Numbered from the whole stretch's first letter, positions 20,243 to 29,909 are shown. The stretch is DNA of 63,258 bases, filler included, from an uncultured Methanosarcinales archaeon (GCA_964510025.1; 6 parts of 6 records of this genome joined end to end with filler, not necessarily neighbours in it), one strand, 5' to 3'. Notes: generated by a model not told the origin, from the letters alone. Numbers and translations are program-made.

Positions 20243-20707
20243 TCAGTAAAGTAGGTTCAACAGCTCAGCCTGTGTCATAAATCCCTCTTTCTTGATATCT
20301 TCGATAAGATAGAAGACCTTTCGCTCGGATACTTCAAATCTTTCTTCAATATGCTCAAGAAACTCTTCCAGGTCCTTTATGCTTCTGAAGATGACTTCTA
20401 TCAAAAAATCGTAGCCGTTGTTTATCTTCAGGACAGTATTTATATTCTGATGTTTCACAAGATAGTCCCTGAGCTCATCCCGCTTGTGCTTGCTGGCCTT
20501 GAGACATACGTTAGCCCTTGTGCTGAACCCCAATTTTTCAAAGTCGATAAGAGATGTGTGTTTTTTAATGACAGTTTTCTCATGCAGTCTAAGCCTGTCA
20601 AAGATTGTAGATATCGGTATAGAAGTTCTCTTGCTCATCCTGGTTAGGGACATCCTGGCATCCTGCCTGAGGCTGCTTAGGATAAGCATGTCCTTTTTTT
20701 GTAGCAT
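20243..20707 (-). CDS. Lrp/AsnC family regulator
   Basis: ILSSLRQDARMSL...STIFDRL, DFEKLGF, KINNGYDFL. Confidence 0.93.
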   Translation of the reverse strand: MLQKKDMLILSSLRQDARMSLTRMSKRTSIPISTIFDRLRLHEKTVIKKHTSLIDFEKLGFSTRANVCLKASKHKRDELRDYLVKHQNINTVLKINNGYDFLIEVIFRSIKDLEEFLEHIEERFEVSERKVFYLIEDIKKEGFMTQAELLNLLY

Positions 20708-20849
20708 CGTCATCCCTCCGTGCAATTTCTATATGTTGCAAAATATTTCCGTCATATATAAATACATAGCGTAAATTAGTGTAGCTATAATGACATCATT
20801 ACACTAAAATAACATAAAGCTTAAATATGAGAGATCCATTTTTAGCTTC

Positions 20850-21821
20850 ATGGAGGAGTCGGCGATCATAGAGCACCTTGGCATGACCGAGCAGCAGTAT
20901 AATATATTAAAGGCAATAGTCCAGCTGAATAGGTCAAAGATAAGGGCATCAGCAGCCAATATAGACAGGAAATATAAAGAGCTTTTCCAAGTTTCCATAA
21001 ACAAGTCCAACCTGTTCAGGCAGATGAGGAAGCTATCCGACCATGGTATGATAGTCAAGGCCAATGGCAGAGGATACTGCATAGATCTCGAGGGCATCAA
21101 GGATAATCTCAGGCAAAGGCAGCAGCAGCTATCATCTGAGCTAGACTCTCTGTCGAAGCTTCACGATAATGTGGCTCGGGAATTTGCGCATCTGGGTCAG
21201 CAGGAGGCAGAACCTTCTGTCAGCTATCTTACATCAGCAGCGGAGTTTTTTGAGGAAGTAAATAAGGTTCTGGTCAATGCGCAGAAGATATACATAGTAT
21301 CACCTTTTGCAAACATATTCTTCACCCCCCATATCAGCAAGGCAGCATCACGCAACAGGTATGTGGAGCTGCTTATAGAGAAATCTTTTGTTAAAAAAGA
21401 GCTAGATATAGTCTATCTAACCCAGTTCAACCTCTATGTGCCGTTTTTTCATGCTTACAGGAGGCTGAAAAGCATGCAGGCTGCCCGGGCAGAAGTTGAG
21501 ACGAGCGTAGGAAATATATCAAAGATGATCGCTACCCAGCCAAAGCTCAATGCCTATTTCCTGGAATATCCTTATGGCTTCGATTTTCTCATGCCTGTAA
21601 GGGATGAAGAGCCTTATCACACTTTCATGTACACAAGAGATGAGCATAATATTATCACCGGCGGCATACATATCCGATCGCATGAGATCGCTGAAAGGGC
21701 GCAGAAGCATTTCCTCAGAGAGTGCAGCGTAGGCACAGACCTTAAGTCAAAGAAAGGGAAGATCATACTCAGGCGCCTTCTGTCAAAGGCCAGGAAATAC
21801 AGCTTTAAAGCAGAGCCCTGA
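20850..21821 (+). CDS. TrmB-like HTH transcriptional regulator
   Basis: N-terminal wHTH (LGMTEQQYNIL...SNLFRQMRKLSDHGMI), coiled coil, effector-like C-terminal domain. Confidence 0.6.
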   Translation: MEESAIIEHLGMTEQQYNILKAIVQLNRSKIRASAANIDRKYKELFQVSINKSNLFRQMRKLSDHGMIVKANGRGYCIDLEGIKDNLRQRQQQLSSELDSLSKLHDNVAREFAHLGQQEAEPSVSYLTSAAEFFEEVNKVLVNAQKIYIVSPFANIFFTPHISKAASRNRYVELLIEKSFVKKELDIVYLTQFNLYVPFFHAYRRLKSMQAARAEVETSVGNISKMIATQPKLNAYFLEYPYGFDFLMPVRDEEPYHTFMYTRDEHNIITGGIHIRSHEIAERAQKHFLRECSVGTDLKSKKGKIILRRLLSKARKYSFKAEP

Positions 21822-22998
21822 AGAGGTTATCAAGGGCTGCCACATATCTTTGAACGCTAGAGGTACTTACCCACTCTTCTATGGTATGTGCTCCTTTTCC
21901 TGCAGGACCGAAACAGACAGCATCTTTGCCAGCGATCCTGAAATGCTTGCCGTCAGAAAAATATCTTGCAGGCTTTGTTGCTGGGCATTTGCCAGTGGCA
22001 TCTTTTGCAGCAGATGCAAGCATTTCCACTGCATGGATGCCAGCATCTGTTTCAGTGGGCGGAAGGTCCAGCATTACAGCAGCTATCTCAATCCCGTATC
22101 CCCCTAACTCTTCCTCAAATTCTCGTTTTTCTCCTGGTGACGTGTATCTGAAGTCCAGTTGCGCAGTAGCAATGTCTGGAACACGGTTTATACGGGAGCC
22201 GCCGTAGAGGCATCCCACATTAAGTGAGGTAGTGAANNNNNNNNNNNNNNNNNNNNNNNNNNNNNNNNNNNNNNNNNNNNTTAATTAATTAANNNNNNNN
22301 NNNNNNNNNNNNNNNNNNNNNNNNNNNNNNNNNNNNAGTGAGGTAGTGAAATCCCCTGTATCATTGTTTCTGTTGTATCTCTGCATCATCTGATCAAGGC
22401 AGCTGGCCATGGATACAAGCGCATTATCCCCAAGACCCGGCAATCCGCCATGTGATGATCTCCCTTTTTTTGTAGCCTCCAACCAATAGATGCCTCTTTC
22501 CTGGTTGACTATGTCAAGATCAGTGGGCTCGCCGGCTATCACAAGCTGGCATCCTGAAAGGTCCAGCAAGCCTTCTCTTACCGCATATCCTGCGCCATGG
22601 AGACCTCCGATCTCTTCATCGCTTGTCAATAGAAGTCCGACAGGCGGCCTTTGCCGGTCATAGTTGTTCATAAGGTTTATGAATGCCGCCACAGCGGTTT
22701 TCATGTCCAGGGATCCTGTTCCGTATAGTCTCCTGCCTGCGATCCTTGGAGGGCTATAGTGTCTGGCATCATCAACCACAACATCAAGATGCCCGGAGAG
22801 TATCAACTTTGGCCTCTCACGAAGTGCATGATATATCATAGGATAGCCATTTCTTGAATACACCATGGGCCTTCTGGCGCTATGCAGGGATCTGCACGCC
22901 AGGGAAGCAGCATGTTGGATACCTTCTGGATTATCATGATCTGATTCTATGCTAATCAGCTGTTGAGCCAGTTCAATTACCTGAGTTACGGAATTCAT
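21805..22998 (-). CDS. M20 family metallopeptidase/deacylase (ArgE/DapE-like), split by an assembly gap
   Basis: GHLDVV, GTGSLDMK, DEEIG, GEPT, NVG...GG..NRVPD, GAHTIEE; the contig ends overlap by 14 nt and join in frame (about 359 aa). Confidence 0.9.
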
Positions 22999-24264
22999 CT
23001 TGTCTTAGGTTTAGATAGCCTGCCCTTACAGGCTCAAGTGTGTGTGCAAGCGTAACAAAAGCGATAGACCTTGCAAGATTGGCTATGTCTCTTATATCGA
23101 CTCTTTCAGGCATTATGTGGGGCGGTCTATCGGATAGCCAATGACCAGAAGGTTTTGATAATATTTAAGTTCTACATCACTAGACCTGCTGACATATTCC
23201 TGGTTAAGGTCTAGCCTGACCCCAAGATCACTGGATGCTGCTGCAAGGCGGAGAAACGCACCTAGATTGACAGGGGTCTTGCTTCCCTTTCCAGCTCCTG
23301 TCCTCAAAGCATATAAGGCGCCAACACCTAGCCTGGTATTTTCTTTAACTACATGTCCATCTATCACTATCGCGGTGGGCGCAGGTTCTTTATTCCGCAT
23401 TATGGCCCGGATATTTCCATAGGCTGCGTCATCAGCCCAGTTCATCACCCCGTCTGCCGGACCTTCTTCATTGCAGTGGCAGTTGATGACGATCTTCATG
23501 CCTTCTTGGACAGCAGCGCCATAGAGCAGCTTGGCAGCCAAAAGAGAGGCGGCTACTCCTGCCCTGTCATCTGCGCAGGCTGCCTCTATCACTGGCAGGT
23601 CGCCTGGGTCATAAAAATGCTCGTTGTCAAATATTATGACTGTCTCTTCAGGATGTATCTCTATATTTCCTTCATATTCAAATACAAAAGGTGAGGGTTC
23701 ATTTTCGGTAAGCTTTTCCCTGTTCCTGTGCGGTCTCCGTACGCATCTTACCATGCCCCTTACCAACAGGTCAAGACCAGGATGAGTGCCGCATGCATCA
23801 GAATATCTTGTAGGATTATAGGCATACATAGCAGCAGCTACAGAATCTCCTTTTTTCAGACCCCATTTGTGGCTGGGATACACCTGCAGGTAGTTTTTTG
23901 ACTTGTCTCTTCCGTGCGCATATCCTGGCCAGCCTTTCATCTGTACGTCAGGAACAAAAGAGATCTGGTCACCATGCGGCACAAAGCTTATGTCGGTTGC
24001 CTTCTTGTCAAGATCGCCGAAGATTATGGTTACCTGGCCCTTTGGATTCAAGGTTACCTTGTAATGCCTCGGATCCCACCCGAATCCGGAGATTATCCTT
24101 CTTTGAGTGATAGAAAGCTCAGCTATGCATCCTGAAGGCGCAGGTGTCAGCGCAAGCTCTCTAAATAAACGTTCAGCATAGCCGGGATCTATATCGTTGC
24201 GAATGGCGCCTGTAGTGGCAGGATAGTGTTTTTCAACAAGTCTGGTCAGCTCATCAGGTTGCAT
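22973..24264 (-). CDS. M42/M28-like metallo-aminopeptidase homolog with a 1-nt frameshift near the 3' end
   Basis: APSG, HGDQI, ADDRAG, NEEG, IDGH; the terminal PHIMPE.V...DI segment continues in a shifted frame after the G4 run at 23119-23122. Confidence 0.65.
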
Positions 24265-24301
24265 AACCCCGGGAATATTTATCAGATTATAAAAGTTTTT
24301 A

Positions 24302-24772
24302 TTATTTGGTAGTTACTAAGTCAGCTGACACGGCATCACTCATGAACTCTTCTCTTTTTATGTCTTCTATAAGGTAATATACCTTCCTTTCCCTGACATC
24401 AAACCTTTCTTCAATTGCTTCTAAGAAATTTTCCATATCTTTTATATGCTTAAATATGGCTTCAACCAAGAAATCATAGCCGTTGTTTATCTTGAAGACC
24501 GAATTGATGTTCTGGTGCCTTACCAGGTATTCCCTGAACGCACCCCTTTTTTCCTTGTCAACCTTGAAGCATATGTTTGCTCTGGTGTTGAAGCCCAATT
24601 TTTCAAAGTCTATAAGAGAAGTATGCTTTTTTATTATGCTTTTTTCATGAGTCTTAAGCCTGTCAAATATTGTAGAAATAGGTATCTTTGTCTTCTTGCT
24701 CATGTTGGTCAGTGAAATTCTTGCGTTTTGTCTCAGACTACTTAGTATGAGAAGGTCTTTTTTTGGAAACAT
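24302..24772 (-). CDS. Lrp/AsnC family regulator (close paralog of 20243-20707)
   Basis: Shares long identical stretches with the 20243-20707 protein (IPISTIFDRL, IKKHTSLIDFEKLGF, KINNGYDFL). Confidence 0.93.
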   Translation of the reverse strand: MFPKKDLLILSSLRQNARISLTNMSKKTKIPISTIFDRLKTHEKSIIKKHTSLIDFEKLGFNTRANICFKVDKEKRGAFREYLVRHQNINSVFKINNGYDFLVEAIFKHIKDMENFLEAIEERFDVRERKVYYLIEDIKREEFMSDAVSADLVTTK

Positions 24773-24832
24773 CGTATTATATCCATATAGTATGTCATGG
24801 ATTATATATACCTTATGCTAATATAATAATAA

Positions 24833-24855
24833 TCTATTCGAATATTCGAATAAGA
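24833..24855. promoter_or_regulatory. perfect palindrome TATTCGAATATTCGAATA between the divergent Lrp and PhoU-like genes
   Basis: 18-bp self-complementary sequence in the divergent promoter region. Confidence 0.5.
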
Positions 24856-24895
24856 TTAATAAAATTTAAATATCCATCTCACTTTCCACCCTGCA

Positions 24896-25828
24896 ATGAA
24901 AAGAAAGGTTGTACAACAGGGTCCCTCGACCCTGATGGTTAGCCTGCCTGTAAGCTGGGTTCGGCAAAAAGGAATAAAGAAAGGCGATGAAATTGAGATG
25001 ATCGATGACAGGGGAGGCCTTGTTATTTGTTCTGCCAAAATAGTAAAAGAAAAGAAAGAGATTACTATCGAGCTGCCAGACATGGAAGCCCGCTCCATCT
25101 TGTTTATCATAAGGAATGTCTACATTAACGGCTATGATACCCTAAATCTTCATTTCAAAAGTAATATAGCATATCACTGTAGACGAAAAACAGAAATGAC
25201 CATGATGAACCTTGTTTCTGAGGAGGCAGATAGGTTGATGGGATTTGAGATAGTCAATACAACAAGGGAATCTTGCACCCTAAAGAACCTTTCAGAAGAA
25301 TCCACAGAGGAATTCGATATATCTCTGAAAAGGTCTTTTGTCATTATGGCTGAAGCTATAGCTGAGCTTGTAAAGGCTACAGAAGAAGGATACCCCAAAC
25401 TTGAGCAGTTCGGGATGGAGGTTCATAAGCAGGTTACCAAGCTTCTTGCCTATAACCTAAGGACCCTTAATAAGATAGGCTATAAGGATATGACCTTGAA
25501 GATGTATAATGTTATCTATAAGATGGACGATATCCTGGACCAGATAAAATACTGGTTCAGAGAAAGTGAAAACCATATCCCTACAAAAGACAGAAAAATA
25601 TCCGAGATGGTGCGGAAAGCCCATAATTTGTTCGATAGTTGCTTTAAGCTGTTCTACACTTTTAATCTGCGATCCTATTCTGATTTTTTCAGGCAGAATT
25701 ATAAGATAAGAGATGAACTGGCAACTGTTATGAAAAGCTCAAAGCACAGGAGATTCCTTAATTATATAGATGCACTTGCAGAGGAGCTTCTTAAGCTTGG
25801 CATAGCGAGAATGTCTTTGGAATATTAA
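24896..25828 (+). CDS. AbrB-domain/PhoU-like archaeal regulator
   Basis: RKVVQQGPSTLMVSLP.SWV...IKKGDE AbrB domain, YINGYD, helical PhoU-like repeats. Confidence 0.85.
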   Translation: MKRKVVQQGPSTLMVSLPVSWVRQKGIKKGDEIEMIDDRGGLVICSAKIVKEKKEITIELPDMEARSILFIIRNVYINGYDTLNLHFKSNIAYHCRRKTEMTMMNLVSEEADRLMGFEIVNTTRESCTLKNLSEESTEEFDISLKRSFVIMAEAIAELVKATEEGYPKLEQFGMEVHKQVTKLLAYNLRTLNKIGYKDMTLKMYNVIYKMDDILDQIKYWFRESENHIPTKDRKISEMVRKAHNLFDSCFKLFYTFNLRSYSDFFRQNYKIRDELATVMKSSKHRRFLNYIDALAEELLKLGIARMSLEY

Positions 25829-27243
25829 TAACTGTCAAGACTTTTCTGGACACCTTTGCCTGTCCAGCAGTATGTGCAAAGCTTCTCTTTAGGCACGCCG
25901 ATCGCTTTTACCATGTCATCTATAAGCTGGTAGCGCAATGTCGTAACACCAAGGTCCTTTGCTATCCATTCTATCATCTTCTTGTATTTCTCTGAATTGG
26001 GATCCAGGTACTCAGAAACATCATCTATGTCTTTTCCCTCTAATGCCCTTATAGCCTTCCGGGCCACCAGCTCATTTATGCTTCTTGTAGAGAGGTTGTA
26101 TATGCATGGAAACATCAAAGGGGGGCATGCAGGCCTCACATGCACCTCCTTGGCTCCAGCATCCTTCAGCTTGTTTATCGTAAAGTTCTTGAGCTGAGTT
26201 CCCCTTACAATTGAATCTTCGCATAATATTATCCTGTTGCCCTTTATTATCTGCTCATTAGCTATAAGCTTCATCAGCGCAATCCTATCCCTGACATCCT
26301 GGGATGGGGGGATGTAGCTTCTCCCATAGCCAGGGGTATATTTCAGCAATACCCTTCTATATGGCTTGCCGGATTCCATTGAATAGCCTATAGCATGCGC
26401 TGTTCCGGAGTCAGGGACACCTGAGATAACATCTACCTCCACATCATCCCTTTTTGCCAGGTATCTTCCGCAGTTCTCTCTAACCTCTTCAACATTGATG
26501 CCCTCATAATCTGAGGCAGGAAATCCAGTATAAACCCAGAGGAAAGCGCATATCTTCTTTATGCTGTCTCCCTGTTTCTTGACCTCTATCCCTTTCTTGC
26601 TTATGAAAACGACCTCTCCAGGGTTTATGAACTTCCTTGTCCTGTACCCAAGGTTGGGGAAGGCGCAGCTTTCGCTTGCAACTGCTACAGCTTCTTCCTT
26701 TTCCCCTATCACCAGCGGGGTGACACCATTCATGTCCCTTGCAGCATATATGCCCTCTTTCGTTAGCAGAAGCAAAGATACAGAGCCGCTTATTTTGCCG
26801 TACATCTGCTCGATTCCGTCCACTATAGAGCTGCCCTGGTTAATCATGTTGGCCACAAGCTCTGTGGTATTGATGTCATGGTCAGATATCTCGCTGAAAG
26901 AAATGCCCTTGTTTATGAGCTCCTTCTCCAGCGCTTCCTTGTTTGTTATCAAACCAGCGCAGGCGATAGCAAACTCTCCAAACTTGCTCTTGAAGACCAG
27001 CGGCTGAGGATCCTTGTCAGAGATAACACCGATAGCCATATTGCTCGATATTATCTCTCCCCCTTCATAGAATTTTGACTTGAATTGCGAATGAGAGATG
27101 TCATGTATCTTCTTTACAGGCATGTCCTTATCGATGAAGGCAATGCCGCCAAACTCAGTTCCAAGATGGCTGTGGTAGTCTGTACCGTAGTAAAGGTCAG
27201 GAATACAGTTGTCTGCTGATACAACCCCAAAAATACCGCTCAT
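25825..27243 (-). CDS. purF: amidophosphoribosyltransferase-like protein lacking the N-terminal Cys nucleophile
   Basis: Starts MSGIFG; DYHSHLGT; PRPP loop EDSIVRGT; Fe-S cysteines ICAF, ACPP..FPC, LCTYC. Confidence 0.85.
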   Translation of the reverse strand: MSGIFGVVSADNCIPDLYYGTDYHSHLGTEFGGIAFIDKDMPVKKIHDISHSQFKSKFYEGGEIISSNMAIGVISDKDPQPLVFKSKFGEFAIACAGLITNKEALEKELINKGISFSEISDHDINTTELVANMINQGSSIVDGIEQMYGKISGSVSLLLLTKEGIYAARDMNGVTPLVIGEKEEAVAVASESCAFPNLGYRTRKFINPGEVVFISKKGIEVKKQGDSIKKICAFLWVYTGFPASDYEGINVEEVRENCGRYLAKRDDVEVDVISGVPDSGTAHAIGYSMESGKPYRRVLLKYTPGYGRSYIPPSQDVRDRIALMKLIANEQIIKGNRIILCEDSIVRGTQLKNFTINKLKDAGAKEVHVRPACPPLMFPCIYNLSTRSINELVARKAIRALEGKDIDDVSEYLDPNSEKYKKMIEWIAKDLGVTTLRYQLIDDMVKAIGVPKEKLCTYCWTGKGVQKSLDSY

Positions 27244-27336
27244 CTTCCCCCTTATTTCCTTGAAAATGTCATCCTATATAAATATTCTTGAACATGCAGC
27301 AAAACCTTTATAAAGGGCCCTGAAATTATTTTGCTT

Positions 27337-28872
27337 ATGGATGATATCCATGAATCCTGTGGCGTAGCTGCAGTAGCCTTGAAAAAGGAAAAAAACCAGA
27401 AAGCGCTGTTCTATCTTTATAGGCTGCTCCTTAACCTTCAGAATAGGGGCCAACTATCTGCCGGCGTGACAACCTTCAACAGGAAGCGCCAGCAACTTAT
27501 CGATACCTATAGGAACATAGGTACTGTCAATGAGGTTTTCAGGACAAGCAACCTGCAAAGAAGCATCTCTATCTTCTCCAGATATGCCGGAAACAAGGGC
27601 ATAGGCCATGTAAGGTATGCGACTGCTGGCGAGAATGAGCGGAGCTATGCGCAGCCTTTTGAAAGAAAGCACGGCAGGATGTGGAAATGGTTCAGCTTCT
27701 GCTTCAACGGCACCATCACAAACTATCCTGAGCTCAAGCAGAAGCTTATGGAAAAGACAGGGTACCATATCATACTTAAGGGGGATACAGAGATAGTGAT
27801 GCATTACCTTTCAAGAGAGCTGAAGGGCAGCAGAAGGCCCCAGCTGGTGAACATCTTTTCAGGCATAAGCAGGCAGTTCGATGGCGCCTATAATATATGT
27901 TTTATAAACGCAAACGGTGACCTTGCTGTATGCAGGGATCCTCTTGGCATCAGGCCCTTATGCTATTCCATAAAGGATGGCAACCTTTTTGCAGCATCTG
28001 AAAGCAACGCCCTTTCCAACATAGGTCTTCATGACTGCAGATCGCTGGATCCCGGAAAGGTGATAACAGTGCAGAACGGCAACATCCAGGTCAAAAGGTT
28101 TGCCAAGTCTTCCAGGAGGGCGCACTGCATGTTTGAATGGGTGTACTTTGCAAACGTAAGCTCTGTGCTGAACGGAAGATCTGTTTATATCACACGTACA
28201 AACCTTGGCAAGCAGCTGGCAAGGATCGAGACTGAAGATATAACCAAGGACCATATAGTTGTCCCTGTGCCTGATACTGCCAAACCTGCTGGAGACGCCT
28301 TTGCATACGAGCTTGGCATCCCCTCTATGGAAGGCCTCATAAGGAACAGGTTTGTGGGAAGGACATTTATTGAAGGTGTATCAAGAGCAGACAAGGTGCA
28401 GAACAAATACACTACAATTAAGGAGATATTGAAAGGCAAGAAGGTGCTGTTGGTAGATGACAGCATAGTAAGAGGGTCAACCTCAAAGCAGATAGTGCGG
28501 CATCTCAAGAAGGTAGGCGGAGCCAAGGAGGTGCATGTGAGGGTGACCTGCCCTCCTATAAAATCACCATGTTTTTACGGTATAGATATGTCAACTGTAG
28601 GTGAGCTGCTGCTGCCCCATTACGAGAAGCATCTTGATCCTAAAGAGACGTCGCAGAAGGTCCTGGATAAGATAGCCAGGGATTTAGGTGCAGATTCTCT
28701 CATTTACAATAATATCGACGGACTGGTCAGGTCTATAGGCCTTCCTAAGAAAGACCTTTGCCTAGGCTGCCTCACTGGAAAATACCCTACATCATGCGGC
28801 AGGAAAGTATACTGCAAAGCTGCTGAGGCTTTCCGAAAAGGCAGGAAATTTAAAAGAGTGTATGAGTGCTAG
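27337..28872 (+). CDS. purF: amidophosphoribosyltransferase
   Basis: Propeptide MDDIHES then CG; LQNRGQ, GHVRYAT, CMFEWVYF, VDDSIVRG, PCFYGIDM, LCLGC. Confidence 0.96.
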   Translation: MDDIHESCGVAAVALKKEKNQKALFYLYRLLLNLQNRGQLSAGVTTFNRKRQQLIDTYRNIGTVNEVFRTSNLQRSISIFSRYAGNKGIGHVRYATAGENERSYAQPFERKHGRMWKWFSFCFNGTITNYPELKQKLMEKTGYHIILKGDTEIVMHYLSRELKGSRRPQLVNIFSGISRQFDGAYNICFINANGDLAVCRDPLGIRPLCYSIKDGNLFAASESNALSNIGLHDCRSLDPGKVITVQNGNIQVKRFAKSSRRAHCMFEWVYFANVSSVLNGRSVYITRTNLGKQLARIETEDITKDHIVVPVPDTAKPAGDAFAYELGIPSMEGLIRNRFVGRTFIEGVSRADKVQNKYTTIKEILKGKKVLLVDDSIVRGSTSKQIVRHLKKVGGAKEVHVRVTCPPIKSPCFYGIDMSTVGELLLPHYEKHLDPKETSQKVLDKIARDLGADSLIYNNIDGLVRSIGLPKKDLCLGCLTGKYPTSCGRKVYCKAAEAFRKGRKFKRVYEC

Positions 28873-28914
28873 CCAAAACTTTTATAAACAAAATACTTAT
28901 TCTTAAAGCGCAAT

Positions 28915-29032
28915 GGGCCCATAGCTCAGTCTGGTTAGAGCGCCGGTCTTATATGGCCACGTTCTAAATATCCGGCTTAAGTCAGCCGGAGGTCCGGAGT
29001 TCAAAAGCAATCTGAAAGTCTCCGTGGGCCCA
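28915..29032 (+). tRNA. tRNA-Ile(UAU) with two introns (28954-28983 at 37/38; 29006-29018 at 59/60)
   Basis: Acceptor GGGCCCA/TGGGCCC, D arm GCTC/GAGC, anticodon stem CCGGT/GCCGG, anticodon TAT at 28950-28952, T stem CGGAG/CTCCG; both introns form bulge-helix-bulge motifs; TTTTATAAA box upstream and T-run downstream. Confidence 0.92.
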
Positions 29033-29159
29033 TTTTTTTCTAAAAATTGAAGTCATCAAACAGGGGCCCATTACCAAGCTGTGCCTGATACTCTGCTGGT
29101 GACAGAGATCAGCGGTTGTACGCAGCATGTTGGAGTCAGATTGGCACGATAGCCTCTGC

Positions 29160-29546
29160 CTATATGAAATACGTCAAGATGATGTCCACTATAACGGCGA
29201 TGATAGAAAAAGCAAATATGAAGAGATAGTTCCACCTTTCCATGCTCTTGTCCAGTGAGGTAAGAAGGTATAATGTAACATCCCTTTCTTCTCTTGTAAG
29301 TTTTTTCTTGCCTTTGATCTTGCCTATAAGGTCGTATTCATCAACAGCCTTCTTTCTTTTCGCAGAGATTTCATACCTGTACAGGAAGAAGAAAATGTAG
29401 CCGATTATCGCAACATACCAGACAGGCCTTACCCATTCTGGCCTTATATGCTGGAACACTATTATTATCCTGAAGCACAGCGCAGATATTATGCCCAGGA
29501 TAAAGAAAGACTCTATTATGTAGTGCGGCATGAGGTGCGGCTTCAT
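29160..29546 (-). CDS. small membrane protein
   Basis: Three hydrophobic segments; start taken at MKPHL. Confidence 0.65.
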   Translation of the reverse strand: MKPHLMPHYIIESFFILGIISALCFRIIIVFQHIRPEWVRPVWYVAIIGYIFFFLYRYEISAKRKKAVDEYDLIGKIKGKKKLTREERDVTLYLLTSLDKSMERWNYLFIFAFSIIAVIVDIILTYFI

Positions 29547-29909
29547 ATCAAGATCCTTTTTTTTCTTATATATAATATTTTCCAAAAAATTTAAATGGGT
29601 GTCAGCTGTAAGCGACCAGATGATAACCAGGGAGAAGCTGAAGGCTATCAAAAGAACTGAGAATATATTCAGGCAGATAGCAGAGGAGAAGCCTTATCTT
29701 GTCTATAGCGGAAAAAAGTTCCATATTGAGGCGGAGAAAGTCCTTGGAAGAAAGCTTAGGTATGAATATGTTTCTGCGTGGCTCTCAGGATACAGGAGAA
29801 GGGATAGGAAGATCTGAGGCAGCATCATAAGCACTTCCCAAGATATGTTTACAGAATCTCTTTAAATTCAGTAAGCTTTTTAAACAGATTAATATTTTTC
29901 AACTGCTGT

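Noticed and set aside
22237..22336. N-padded TTAATTAATTAA motif repeated five times (also near 40502, 47286, 54000, 59465)
   Set aside because: Artificial contig linker with stops in all frames; genes on either side need not be neighbours, except at the first gap where the ends overlap
29530..29817. Plus-strand ORF between the two tRNAs
   Set aside because: May be a real small gene from the ATG near 29596, but I found no motif or family support
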